A stretch of DNA of 64,000 bases from an uncultured virus (IMG/VR IMGVR_UViG_3300003375_000022) (Duplodnaviria; Heunggongvirae; Uroviricota; Caudoviricetes). Below the pieces are notes generated by a model, which searched no databases, was not told the DNA's origin, and saw only the letters and a program-made list of their open reading frames with translations. The position numbers were made by a program, and so were the translations under genes. The DNA lies in the IMG/VR virus record IMGVR_UViG_3300003375_000022; one strand, given 5' to 3'. Of this stretch, positions 1 to 11,831 are shown one piece after another (the first letter of the stretch is position 1; each line of letters begins with the position of its first letter).

Positions 1-88
1 ATGTTCTTACAACCGAGGCTGTTACTTGTCTATAATGATGACGCGGTAACAGATTGCGAGAACAATATTTTAATTAGAAACCATGTAC

Positions 89-565
89 TTATAAGTACAT
101 GGTTTCTTCATTATATACATATAAAGGATATTCAACAATAGTTTCATCCTTTGAAATAAATCCTTTTCTTTTTAATTTAGTTATAGAGTTATATACATTA
201 TTTGCAATACGATCTTTATCAATTGTGTTGTCTGAACTCACAAATTCAATATTTGAAATAAAATCAATTATATCTTTTGGAGAACCTTTTCCGCCAATGT
301 TTTGCAGAGCATATACAGTCTTTTTATCCCAAACCCATTTTTCATCATATCCATCTACAACGATAGGGTCAATTGTTTCTTCTGCTACCTTTCTTTCCTT
401 TGGATTTATTAAAGCTGTCCTATTTAACAAATACTTAGGCATGCCCCCTCGTTGGCGTATTAACTTCTGAATTGTTAAAAGTTGGTCGAACAAAGGATTT
501 TTAACAACCTCATTATAAATGGATTGCTCTTCGTTATACAATATGTTTAAAAAATCTTCTGACAT
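89..565 (-). CDS. Hypothetical protein, possible C-terminal winged helix
   Basis: 158 aa ORF; ALQNIGGKGSPKDIIDFI...VYNSITKLKRKGFI resembles a wHTH; TATATTTG motif just upstream on the - strand. Confidence 0.4.
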   Translation of the reverse strand: MSEDFLNILYNEEQSIYNEVVKNPLFDQLLTIQKLIRQRGGMPKYLLNRTALINPKERKVAEETIDPIVVDGYDEKWVWDKKTVYALQNIGGKGSPKDIIDFISNIEFVSSDNTIDKDRIANNVYNSITKLKRKGFISKDETIVEYPLYVYNEETMYL

Positions 566-987
566 TCTGATTACAAATATAGAGTATAAAAATAGGTTAC
601 CTATCTATAGTTATCAACACCCTATCGTCTAATTTGTGAATTTCGTTAGTAACCCCTGATTTTATTGGTCAACATTATATTTAAACGTGTTGATAAAGTA
701 ATTTAATGGCTATTTTTTTACTATCAATTTCTTTCTAATTCTCTTGTCCCATAATGTATATAGGTGCCAAAATCTGAATATTCAAACGGTAATGACTTCT
801 GGAATGGATTCATGGACGGCTATACTCAATGCCAGCAAGACAGTAATACAGAAGAACTATTGGATTACCTAAAAAGAGCAAAAAACTTGATTATGATTCA
901 CACACAAAGCAAGGCTGGGGACGATAATTTTGTAGGAAATGAATTACGAGGAATTATTAACGCAATCGATAAAGCAACCAAATAATT

Positions 988-1152
988 ATGACCAGAAAAG
1001 AAAAAAGAAATTCACGAGCAGAATTGGTTTGCCGTGAAGTTAGAACTCAAATGGTTAAGGGTGGCGGAATTTATGATAACACTAAGTTGTTTAACCTACT
1101 GCTTAGCTATATGAATGTTGCCACTAAAGATGTTTATAAACCAGTAAAGTGA
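988..1152 (+). CDS. Small hypothetical protein whose stop codon is supplied by the IS end
   Basis: [20 protein letters not shown]...VYKPVK then TGA inside the IS terminal GTGA; below the ORF-track cutoff. Confidence 0.55.
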   Translation: MTRKEKRNSRAELVCREVRTQMVKGGGIYDNTKLFNLLLSYMNVATKDVYKPVK

Positions 1153-2333
1153 ACTACCCTCTTGCCTAAAGGCGAAGGGGCTTCAGAAGTCATCACTCCG
1201 ACTAATGTCGGCAGTTCGTTCTGATTTTTGAGTCTGCGTCCCACAGACAAATGATTTCTAAGAGCAAAATTTTTGATATTTATAGCGGCATTAACATCGC
1301 GATCGTGAATAGAGCCGCAATCTTTGCAAGTCCACTCGCGAATGGCGAGNGTTAATTCTGTATTTTTACCACCGCAAGAAGAACAAATTTTACTACTCGG
1401 TTCAAACCGACCGATGCGTAAAATATTCTTCCCGTACCATTTTGCTTTGTATTCTAATATAGTTACAAAAGCTCCCCAACTCACGTCTGTTATAGCTTGT
1501 GCGAGTTTATGGTTTTTTACCATGCCAGAAATGTTTAAGTCTTCAAGCGCAATACTATCGTGGTTCTTGATTAGTTGCGTTGAAGTTTTTTGTAGAAAAT
1601 CTCTACGTTGGTTAGCTACTTTTTCGTGTAAAATAGCGATCCTATGTTTTGTTCTTTTACCTTTCTTTTTAGAATATTTGCGCTGTACAAATTTTAATCT
1701 ACTTTGTGCTTTAAGTAAATATTTTGGGTTTTTAATTTCTTCGCCATCTGAAGTCACCAAGAACGATTTTATTCCTAAATCTATCCCTAAAGTTGTTTGT
1801 TCTTTTACCTTTTTAGGTGCAATTTCTTTATCTAAGGTATCAACTAAAATGCTTGCAAAATATTTACCAGTTGGCGTTCTACTAATAGTAGCTTGCCTTA
1901 CGGAGCCTTTAAATTTTCTATGCAAAACAATTTCAATACCTTTTTTCTTAAACTTTGGCGATATTAATTTGTTATTCTCAAAATCCACAATCACACCCTG
2001 CGGAATGTTAAACGACTGTCTTGATGCTTTCTTTTTAAACTTAGGGAAATCCGCCTGACCTTTAAAAAACTTAGTAAAAGCAGCATCTAAATGTGTTATA
2101 GAATGCTGTAAAGACTGGCTATTTACTTCTTTTAGCCAAATACATTGTTCTTTTAAATCTGGAAGTTGATTAATTAAATCGAAGCAAGTTAAGTTAATTT
2201 TATTTCCAGCATAAGCCATTTGCTTGCATTCTAAGGCTAAATTATATACGAATCGGCAGCTACCTATGTGCTTATTAATAAGCTCGGCTTGCTTGGTATT
2301 CGGGTAAATTCTATATTTATACGCTCTTAACAA
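1134..2333 (-). CDS. tnpB: TnpB RNA-guided endonuclease
   Basis: [11 protein letters not shown] start, RuvC motifs [20 protein letters not shown], zinc finger CSSCG/CKDCG; one N base in the sequence. Confidence 0.95.
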   Translation of the reverse strand: MLRAYKYRIYPNTKQAELINKHIGSCRFVYNLALECKQMAYAGNKINLTCFDLINQLPDLKEQCIWLKEVNSQSLQHSITHLDAAFTKFFKGQADFPKFKKKASRQSFNIPQGVIVDFENNKLISPKFKKKGIEIVLHRKFKGSVRQATISRTPTGKYFASILVDTLDKEIAPKKVKEQTTLGIDLGIKSFLVTSDGEEIKNPKYLLKAQSRLKFVQRKYSKKKGKRTKHRIAILHEKVANQRRDFLQKTSTQLIKNHDSIALEDLNISGMVKNHKLAQAITDVSWGAFVTILEYKAKWYGKNILRIGRFEPSSKICSSCGGKNTELXLAIREWTCKDCGSIHDRDVNAAINIKNFALRNHLSVGRRLKNQNELPTLVGVMTSEAPSPLGKRVVHFTGL

Positions 2334-2858
2334 GAATACAAATATACACTATTTTAAACAAAAACCTAACTTATTTAAAATTAATTATTAAATTTGCTTC
2401 GTGGGTACTTACAATCACAATAGTCGTTCAAAATATTTAATCAAACTTCATGTTGTTTTTGCGGTAAAGTATAGAAAAAAGTTACTTGTAAAAAAATTAA
2501 ACGAAGATATGTTACAAATTATGCACGAAATATCTGTTCAGAAGAAATTCACAATAGACACTATGCAAAGCGACGTTGACCATTTACATATCTTAGTGGA
2601 TATTCCGCCGACACTATCGGCGTTTAATGTAGTTCATTGCTTGAAACAAATTTCTACTTATAGAATTTACAAAATACACAAATTAGAATTAAAAAAACAT
2701 TTTTGGAAGGAAAATACTTTTTGGAGCAACGGTTATTTTGCTTGCTCGACAGGAAACGCTTCTATAGAAACGATACGAAAATATATTGAAACACAAGGGT
2801 AAAAATAATTCGCTTACATCCCACAGGCTAAAGCCATGTGGGTTTTACGCTCAGAAAT
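1149..2858 (-). mobile_element. Complete IS200/IS605-family element (divergent tnpA and tnpB)
   Basis: Right end terminates in TCAC (- strand) at 1149 next to an imperfect hairpin; left-end hairpin CCCACAGGCTAAAGCCATGTGGG near 2820-2842; TTTAT (- strand) at 2859-2863. Confidence 0.85.
2401..2802 (+). CDS. tnpA: IS200-type Y1 HUH transposase
   Basis: LHVVFAVKYRK, DHLHIL (HUH), FWSNGYF, IRKYIETQG (catalytic Tyr). Confidence 0.95.
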   Translation: MGTYNHNSRSKYLIKLHVVFAVKYRKKLLVKKLNEDMLQIMHEISVQKKFTIDTMQSDVDHLHILVDIPPTLSAFNVVHCLKQISTYRIYKIHKLELKKHFWKENTFWSNGYFACSTGNASIETIRKYIETQG

Positions 2859-2870
2859 ATAAAAACACAA

Positions 2871-3296
2871 ATGAAAGATTTTTTAGAAGACATACTAATA
2901 GATACATTCAGGGATGGCTGGGTAGGTCGTTTGTTTGGTATTATGTTTTGGTTTTTTGCCATTACATTAGTTGTTCTATTGGTTTGGCTATTTTCATGGC
3001 TAATTGATTCCTCGTTTTTACCTATAAAACAATCCGAAGGAACTGTAACCAGTAAAAATTATGTCGCAGCTCACACTTCGACCACATATATTATGAGTGG
3101 AAAAATAATGATACCTATAACCAACTATATTAGTGAATATTATGAAATAGAAATTACTATTAATGGTTTGAATGATTCGGTTTGTATTTCGCATGATGAT
3201 TTTGAAGGAATCATAGTCGGTCAAAAACTCTGCTGTACATATACAAATGGTAGAATATTAAACTCACTTTACATTAAATCGTTTTGTGAAAAATAA
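2871..3296 (+). CDS. Membrane-anchored hypothetical protein
   Basis: Probable start MKDFLED at 2871; hydrophobic segment followed by a small beta-rich domain. Confidence 0.55.
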   Translation: MKDFLEDILIDTFRDGWVGRLFGIMFWFFAITLVVLLVWLFSWLIDSSFLPIKQSEGTVTSKNYVAAHTSTTYIMSGKIMIPITNYISEYYEIEITINGLNDSVCISHDDFEGIIVGQKLCCTYTNGRILNSLYIKSFCEK

Positions 3297-3319
3297 AAAT
3301 AATAATTCATTGCCAGTTC

Positions 3320-3357
3320 AAAAAGATGTTATATGTTTGTATAACAAAAGTTAGAAG
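3320..3357 (+). promoter_or_regulatory. Repeated promoter element, copy A
   Basis: AAAAAGATGTTATATGTTTGTATAACAAAAGTTAGAAG; contains the Bacteroidota -7 motif TAnnTTTG. Confidence 0.65.
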
Positions 3358-3383
3358 CTAAAACAAACCTTAAAGACAAAAAC

Positions 3384-5503
3384 ATGACAAATGCAAAAAC
3401 AGAATTACAGGGAATTTTAAAAGGTACTGCGAAAATTAAAGCAGCCTTAATTCATCGTGGCAATTACTACGGTGGCTTAGATGAAAGACCAACTTTTATT
3501 TTACCATTAAACTACTCCACGCAAAAACTAAATAAGTTTTTTGAGTCGTTAGACTTTAATTACGACGCTGGCTATGGTAGTCAAGAATTATACGGAACAG
3601 TTTGGCTTGAAGATGGCACTTGGCTGTCAAGAGGAGAGTATGATGGAAGCGAATGGTGGAAACATAATGTTTTGCCAGAAATACCAAATGAATTAACTAA
3701 ATAAAATTAATAAAAAAACATTATGAAAACAGCAAAAGAATACAGAAAAGCATTTCCGAATAAAACGGACGACCAAATAATTTCAGCTCTTGGAAGCGAA
3801 TTTAAAAGAAAGGTCGAAACAATCCATGAACTTTTAAAAGAAGTTGAACAGTTAAAGAAAAACAGAGCCAACTTTGATTCCATTTTAACTCAAGAAGAAA
3901 TTGATGCGCCTAAATACACGGACTGGAGTAATGAAACTCTTGGAAGATGCGCAAGACACATTTCCTATAAGTTTGGCGGCTTGGATATCAATGGCTTTAA
4001 AGGCGTAATGACTACTGGAGCTGTTTTCCATTTAATAAGAACGGCTATTGATGTTGGTGCTTCTGAATTAAAACAAACTGCTTTTTGTTTTACTGTTCAT
4101 AACGAGCCTCATGGAGATTGGGAAGTTATTGTTAGGAAAAAGAAATCTAAATCAATTAAAAATAAATAAAAAAATGGGAATGTACACAGAATTAATTTTC
4201 GGAGCATCATTGCACGAAAACACGCCAAGCGAAGTTATTGAAACTTTACGTTACATGATTGGCGACATCGAAAAACCTAAGAATCTTTTATTTGATTCCG
4301 AAAGAAACCCTTTACTTGGAAGTAGTTACTACTTTGGCGTTAATGAGCCAGTAAACAAAATGTGGTTTGATGACATTGATAAGTGCTGGCACATAAGCAC
4401 GCGTTGTAATATAAAAAACTACGATCAAGATATCCAAAACTTTTTAAAATGGATTGAGCCACATATAGATTCTGGTAGCGGCAACAAAGATATGTATGCC
4501 ATAGTTATTTATGAAGGCTCTTCGGAACCTAAAATATATTATAAAAACAATGACTAAAATATAAACCAATAAAAAACAAAAATCAGTATGGCAAACAATA
4601 TCAAAAACAGAATCCAGATTATCGGAACACAGGAACAGATTAATGCGGTGGTTGAAAAATTCAGCACAACCTACGAAAGAAAACCAATGCGAAGCCACGA
4701 TGGTTTGCTAACATATAAAACCAAAGAAGGTTCGTGTGGCTGGTTAAACGAAAAAACTGATGAATTCACTCAAAGGGTGGCGAACCTACAAAAAATAAGT
4801 AAGCCACTTCCAGTTGAAGAAGAAAAGCTTCCGCAAGGCATGGTTAAGTACAAATACGGAGCTATGAGTAGCCTGTATTCTTTGTTAGCTGAAAATAAGT
4901 TTACTGCTTATGTTACTATGGTTGCACACTATAATCGTAATGCTCATTTAATTTCAATAGAAAGCCCAGCTGAATGCGAAAAAGATTCTTGGATTAATCT
5001 TAGTGGGAAAATATCAGATAGGCTTGATGAGATTTTTGGAGGCAAGGATTCTTTTGATAAGTATGCGGAAGAAAATAAAGAAGCTATTAAGGCGTGTTAC
5101 AAAACAATTAAACAAATCTGTTAGTATGAACGAAATAGTAGGGTATTGCGAGATAAGTAAAAACGCCACAACTTGCGCTGGCGCAACAAATCCAAGTGAA
5201 TTTATAGGTAAGGTTTGTAGAGTCATGGAATTTGATAACTGGGGAGGAGTTTTAGTGCTTAATTCTGAAGCAACGGCTTTGGCTATGTTTGACAAAGAAG
5301 ATGTTCTTAGAAGCTTTAAATGCAAGGTTTTTAATAATCAGTTTGTTATGCCTCCAAATTTAGATTTTATCGGTGAGGCTGCGTACGCTTCAAGGTGTAT
5401 GAGTCGTAAAGGTGGCTACAATAATACGTTGATGCAAATGGTTATACAAGCCAGTTTAAGTAAGGGCGTGTTTACTGATAGCTTCTTATGGCAACTACAA
5501 TAA
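3384..5503 (+). other. Run of five small hypothetical phage-type genes (3384-3704, 3723-4169, ~4174-4557, 4588-5124, ~5126-5503)
   Basis: Tightly packed co-directional ORFs with A-rich leaders; no recognisable catalytic motifs. Confidence 0.6.
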
Positions 5504-5511
5504 ACACTGGC

Positions 5512-5587
5512 ATGTTAATATCTTTTTAATAACCTCATTGCGGGTTACAAAAAGTTGTTGTACGTTTGTGTAACAAAAAGTTAGTAG
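5512..5587 (+). promoter_or_regulatory. Repeated promoter element, copy B
   Basis: ATGTTAATA...CCTCATTGCGGGTTACAAAAAGTTGTTGTACGTTTGTGTAACAAAAAGTTAG. Confidence 0.7.
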
Positions 5588-5609
5588 TTATAAATTTAAA
5601 AACAAAGAC

Positions 5610-6197
5610 ATGACAAGCAAAATCGAAAAACTTAAAACAGAAAAAGGTAAAAGCTATTGGAACAAAACTGGTGCTTACCAAAAAGAATGGGGTGCTAAAT
5701 ACGAAGCTCTTGTTCCAGATAGCGGAGAAGCTACTACAATTCACGGAGAACTAATTCGTGTAGCCAGTAGGTTATTTTATGACTTCTGTAATAACGGAAA
5801 TTGTAATGTGCTTGACCATAAATACGAAATGGTTGCTTATGATTGTCATAATTGCCACAGAACAGGAATGGTTGACGATTACGATTTAGAAAGTGGTGAT
5901 GAATTAGAAGAACAGATTGTTTGCGAAGAATGTGGTGGCAGCGGAGAAATAGAAGAGGAAGAACAAGGCGATGTATTTATTACTGAATTTTACGAAGAAC
6001 TAATCGACTTCTTAGAAATGAACCTAACTAACAACGGCTGCATAGATAGACTTAAAAGTTTTCTTCTTGATAATTCTAATGGTTACAACAAATATAAATT
6101 CACAGACGAAGAAATGGCTATATACAACGATATATGTGATGAAGTGATGTATCAAGTATTGACTACAGAAAATATTAAACGTAATATTAAAAACTAA
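5610..6197 (+). CDS. Acidic hypothetical protein with inserted CxxC-CxxC zinc finger
   Basis: CHNCHRTG and CEECGGSG motifs (DnaJ-type zinc finger pattern). Confidence 0.55.
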   Translation: MTSKIEKLKTEKGKSYWNKTGAYQKEWGAKYEALVPDSGEATTIHGELIRVASRLFYDFCNNGNCNVLDHKYEMVAYDCHNCHRTGMVDDYDLESGDELEEQIVCEECGGSGEIEEEEQGDVFITEFYEELIDFLEMNLTNNGCIDRLKSFLLDNSNGYNKYKFTDEEMAIYNDICDEVMYQVLTTENIKRNIKN

Positions 6198-7135
6198 AAT
6201 TATGGCATCAACAAAGTATATTGTTTGGTTTGGAATAGACGACAAGGAAACTCGCAAGAAAATTAAATTCAACCAAGTGTGGGTATCTTCAAAGGATATA
6301 CAAAATGGCGTTAAAAAGGCAAAGAAGCTTTGTAGTCATCTAAGTTTTGAGCCGCACATATTAGGTATTTCTTTGTTTGAAAACCTTATACCTTATGGTC
6401 AGAAATCAAATTTTGCAAATAATACGTTTCATTAGACATGAAGACTAAGTATATTCGATACTCAAGAATAGTAAAGCATTTTGTTAAATTTGTTTTTACT
6501 TCTAATTTAACACACTGGCTCGAAATAAATCACTACTATTACATGAAGAAATTTACAATTAAATAATAATCATATGTGGACAAATAAAAACAATCATACG
6601 GTATTCTATATGTTAGGTGGAATATATTTAATAGAGTTGCTATTTGCGCGGCTTATTTTGAAAATGGATATTTGGTAAGTTTTAAAATTGATAAAGAAAA
6701 ATTAAAGAAAATATGCGATAACTTTCTTAAGGAAAATTATTACAACTTTATTCTTTCGTATTTGGAACAAATTGAAAGAACTAAAATTACAGAAATAAAC
6801 TGGAATAAGGAAGCTGATTCACAAAATGGCATTGTAGAATTACACAAAACAGGAAATATATCAATAAAATTAGATGAACAGTCATTTGATTTGTATATGA
6901 AAAATTACCTTAAATAAAAGCGGAAAAATAAAATTAATTTCATGAAGCAAAGCGAGTATAGTGTAGTGGTTAGGTTAAATATTCAACAGGCAACTTTGGC
7001 GCTTGTTAAGTCAAGAGGTCGGGTTGAAAATTTAGAAGGCAAGCGCATATATGACCGCGCCCTAAGAAGCGCCGTGGAAATGAATGAAGCGCTCTATTGG
7101 TTAGATAGAAGAAATGGCGTAATAGCTAAACTTGT

Positions 7136-7456
7136 TTGGTGATGAAATTGGATTTAAAAATAGCTAAGCTGGCCAAGCAGACTTTAACCGATGACTTTGA
7201 TTCAAGGGACAATGATACTGTTCTAATGATTGCTGTTTGGAAATCACAAGGACTGTATAAGGAAACGCGCTTTAGTGCATTTGGAAATAAGTTGCTGAAC
7301 AAAACTTTAGCTCTACCAAAAAATATCGAACGCACGCGGCAGCTGCTTCAAGAAAAAATATTCTGATTTGCGCGGCGAGTTATATGAAGTAAGGCACAGG
7401 CAAGAGTCAAAAGAAAATAAAGACCAACTGAAATTTGAATTCGAAGAAGATATTTA
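7136..7456 (+). pseudogene. Hypothetical gene with +1 frameshift in an A run
   Basis: Removing one A at 7353-7358 gives ...LLQEKYSDLRGELYEVRHRQ...EEDI stop. Confidence 0.5.
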
Positions 7457-7468
7457 ATTAACAACAGC

Positions 7469-7542
7469 ATGTTAATAACTTGATTAAATTTTATTTGCAA
7501 GTAAGAAAAGTTGTAGTACATTTGTGTAACAAACGTTATAAG
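7469..7542 (+). promoter_or_regulatory. Repeated promoter element, copy C
   Basis: ATGTTAATAACTT...AAAAGTTGTAGTACATTTGTGTAACAAACGTTATAAG. Confidence 0.7.
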
Positions 7543-7845
7543 TTAAACCATAAAAAAGACAAACAAATGAAGGCAAAATTATTTCAATCAGTAACATTCG
7601 ACCAATGTAGTAACAGCGTATTGCTTGCAACCGAATACAACAAAAAAGAAAACGTAACCAGTGTTTTTGAACCAGTGTTATTTACTAATGCAGTCATCAA
7701 TGAAGTTGGTACGCTGCCGTTCGCTAAAGATGCCGTTGTTATAATGGCTCTTATTGCAGCCGAGTACGGTTTAAAAATGTACAAACAAAAAGATTTTGAT
7801 ATTATTAAAAAGATATACCATAACTCCATTAAATTCAATTAAGCC

Positions 7846-8220
7846 ATGATAACCAACTTTGAAAAAATAACCGCTGATTTAACGGAAGATGAGTTAGCTA
7901 TAAAAGAAGATGTGCTCGATGCAATTAAGCACGCTTTACCTATTGGAAAAAAACTAAAAAGCGATGCCTTGGAATATGCGATAGAATACTATCTAAATGT
8001 CAGATGCAGTAAGAAAATACAATTCACTTCTACGCGTTTACGCAAGTGGGTAAACTACTTTAGAAGCTGTGGCATACTTGCTATATTGGCTACCTCTAAA
8101 GGGTACTACATAAGTAACGATCCGGAAGAAATAATGTCTCAAATAGATAGCTTAGAAGAACGCGCAAGGTCTATTCAAACGGCTGCAACTGGTTTAAGAA
8201 TTTTGCATAGTCAATTATAA
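7846..8220 (+). CDS. Winged-helix DNA-binding protein
   Basis: TRLRKWVNYFRSCG.LAILATSKGYY pattern, helix-turn-helix plus wing, then a coiled coil. Confidence 0.6.
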   Translation: MITNFEKITADLTEDELAIKEDVLDAIKHALPIGKKLKSDALEYAIEYYLNVRCSKKIQFTSTRLRKWVNYFRSCGILAILATSKGYYISNDPEEIMSQIDSLEERARSIQTAATGLRILHSQL

Positions 8221-8235
8221 ACTAAAAAAATAAGC

Positions 8236-8699
8236 ATGAAAAAACAAACAGGAATATCGGCTGAAACAATAAAGAAGCATGAAATTGTATTAAACAAAAT
8301 ACAGGATGAAATAATCAAAACGGGGGGGTACTTGGTTCTCCATTCATAAGAAACATAAGCAAAGAACATAAGGTTGTTTCTGCTGAATTATTTTATGCTT
8401 GCAGGGCTGGCGTTTTTATAAAAACAGGGCGCTCAAAATATAAGTGTGTTTTTGAAAAAATTGAACCAATACATGCAAGGAAAACTATTTTAGCGGCTAA
8501 AGAATATAACAAGCTACACCCAGAAAAATCAAAAAAAGAAAAAATGAATGCTGTTGAAACTAAAGAAACCGAAAAATCAAAAGAAGAAGAAACTAAGGAT
8601 CCTTTGCAATGGAAAGAACAAAAACCAAAAACAACCATAATAGTCAAGAGATACTTTTGGGGCTTATTTAAAATAACTAAAACCATAACTTCAAAATAG
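8236..8699 (+). pseudogene. Hypothetical gene interrupted at a G7 tract
   Basis: MKKQTGISAE...IIKTGG stops soon after 8322-8328; one extra G joins a frame open to ...YFWGLFKITKTITSK stop. Confidence 0.5.
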
Positions 8700-8700
8700 T

Positions 8701-11700
8701 ATGAAAAAAGTAAAATTTAGTGATATACCTATTGGCGGCAAATTCAACAAGTGTACATCTTGTAATTCTGAAGCTTTCTCTGAAATGATTTGTGTTAAGG
8801 TTGACGGCGAACGATATTCGCTTCTGAATCAAGAAAGACTTTGGAAGTCAGATAAAAACAAGGAATACATTTTAATTAAATAATTATGACAAAAGAAAAA
8901 CAAATCAAGAAGCAAAGAGCTAAAGTAATTGGCGCTAACAACAATGTATTTAATTTGTTGAGTATCTGTAAAGATGCTTTGGAAAAGGCTGGATTAAATG
9001 ACAAAGCCACTGAATTGGCTGAAAAAGTAATGGATTCAGGCAGCTATAAGGAAGCTATTGTAATAATGAGTAAGTATTGCGAACTATGTTAAACCAAAAT
9101 ATAAAATAAATAATTATGGAAAAACTTTTTAATGATAGCGAGGTGTTTCAAAACGAACGCCCAACAAAAGCAACCGAAGAACAACTAAACAATTATCTGA
9201 CCGAATTCGCGCAGGCAATTATAGATAGCGGCGCAAGTAGTTCAAGTATAAAAAATATAATTGAGGATTTACAAGATATAAGTCACGATAGTAATGGATA
9301 TGAAATAGCTAAACAGCTTGAAGATTATAGTAAAAAAGCAACCTATTTAATAGATTCGACGTTTGTAGAATTCTTAGATACCTTTGATAGTGGTAAAGAT
9401 GACTTGGTTCGTGAAAATGTTTCCGCTTGGGTACTTGCTCATGATATTAAGCCAAAATTAGTAAAAGGTCAGAAATTCATCATTAAAGAGCCACTATATT
9501 ACAAACACGATATTACGAAACCTTTTTACATAACTGGGTTTCATGAAAGCCAAGGAAAGTATCTATACAGCACGAATAAAGAAATGCAGGGAGGTACATG
9601 GATGTCTTACGAAACATTAGAGAACGAAAACATTTGCACCCTAATAAATTAAGCCATGAAAATGACACCTAAAAATAAAAAAGTTTACGTTGTGTTGCGC
9701 GCCGAAATTTTAAAGCACTTTCATGACACAAATAACGCTGGTGCTTTTAACGAAGACGGATATCCAATTAACGAAGCTATTAAGATAGCTAAAAGTCAAC
9801 TTGAAGCAGACTTAAAATTCGGCGAACTTCGATTAACTTTTGAAGATATGTTGCTTAATTCAGTTGAACAATGTCAAATAATTTTGAAATCTAACTTAGC
9901 GGCAAGGTTTAAAAAAGTTGTAGCATTTAATGATCTATTAACCCTATAAAACAAACACAATGAATAAAGAAATTCAAGATTTATTAGATGAGTACGACCC
10001 AATTGGAGATACTAAAATTGAAAAATTAGTAAGGCTAATAAACATTTGGCGTACAGAAGGGCATATCGCAATTAGTGAATCGTACCGTGAGCCTGAATTA
10101 GATTTAATTTTAAGCTCAATAATAGACGTTTCTCTATCCTTTCAATTAGGGAAAGTACCGACAGAAAATGAGTGCTTGAGACAAATCGAAATTATATGCG
10201 ATGATTTTTCAGGAATGCCGAATGCGAGAAATTTAGCAATAGCAAAATACTTTCATTCTTTTTTATCCTCTCCCTCATCAACTGTTTTACCTACAATTAA
10301 GGAAGATAAGATAGAAACAGGATGGATAAGTGTAGAAGAAAGATTGCCTTTGTGTTATCAAACAGGGAATTTTGACGGCAAAAAAAGCAATTATGTTTTA
10401 GCTGAAGATATAAAAGGTATTCCGTATGTAGCTGTTTTGTATTCGGGGATTATTGATGGGGTGGAATTTAACGACTTTTATACTTCAGATGATTTTTCTT
10501 TAAAAGATGTTATTAAGTGGAAACCTATTAATTAAAACCCCTGAAACTAAAATGTAAACAACCTTAATTTAAACTTAAAAATTATAATATGAAAAAGGCA
10601 AAATGTGTATGCGATTTATTCTTTGTGAAGGAATTTAATTATCACGACAATGGTTGTAAGTTATTTTCAAAAGTAATTATTAATACAGGTAAAAAAGTTT
10701 TACCTCAATCACCTATTAACAAACAATAAGATGAAACACGAAATAAGTGTATTAAGCCAAAACGGAACATACATTAAAAGCTATGAAAGTAATATCGTTC
10801 CCATAATTGGAGACGAGGTAACTATTTGTGATAATAATGTAACAGATACATACAAAGTAATTAGGCGGTGTTTTCCAACTGAAACAGGAAACCATAGGGT
10901 GCTAATTTTTGTAGAAAAATGTAACCCAATTAACTAATACAAACCAACCAATGAAAAAACAAAAAGTAAGTACATTATCTGATTTATTGGATGAACAGAT
11001 AGGTAAAAAAGGAACACAAAAAAAGGAATAAATTTGAAAAAGACTTGGATGTTTTGGTACTAAAAACAAGTATTAAGACTGCTAAAAAAGATAAAAAATG
11101 ATAACTAACAAAAATTAATATGAGAACAAAACTTTGGATTAAATATTATTTGTCGTGCGCCCACATGATAAAAACAGGATTTTATATTCCTGACTATGAA
11201 AATTATACAATTAAACAACTTTTAAAAGAGCTTATATGAGTTATACCGCTATCATACTCCCCGAAGGAGAAAAAGAGATAAAGGTTTTGTTTAATTCTGA
11301 ACCGAAGCCTGAATATACAACATCAAGAGACTATCCGTCTGCATTGGAATATTGGCAATCCAAGTCCAAACTAATAGACTTCTATTCGATGGAAGAAAGA
11401 GATAAGGTTATGAACCACATAAAAGGTAGCTTGTCGTTGGAAAAAGCAATGGAAACAGTGAAAGAAGCAACAAGATTAATCGGCAAAGGGTTGGAAGTTG
11501 ATTGTATTGAGATAAAAGACATTCCTTGTATCTGCGAAGATTTCCAAACATTATATCAAAAACAAGCCTTTTTCAAGTCAGCCCCCAAAGAAGAAACAGT
11601 GAGTGAAGAAAGACTTTATACTAAACAGGATATGTTAAACTTTTTAGACCACGTTGCAGGTATCTATAAGCCAATATCTCAGTCGGGCGAAATAATATAC

Positions 11701-11778
11701 TGGACTAAAAGCTACAACGACAAGAAAGCTAATCGGTACTCTACAAATGATTTATTAACTGAATTTGATAAACTATAA
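8701..11778 (+). other. Run of small hypothetical genes (8701-8883, 8886-9092, 9116-9652, 9656-9949, 9960-10535, 10731-10937, 11236-11778)
   Basis: Co-directional ORFs; 9960-10535 ends in a DUF551-like GWISVEERLP...WKPI domain. Confidence 0.6.
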
Positions 11779-11831
11779 TTTAATACAAAATAATTGTTTT
11801 CTATTAAATTAATTATTATCTTTGAATTTTT

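Noticed and set aside
1324..2058. Long antisense ORFs (also 12530-12898, 19148-20035, 30741-31289, 55971-56534, 60200-60739)
   Set aside because: Shadow frames opposite well-supported genes; no motifs or plausible initiation context
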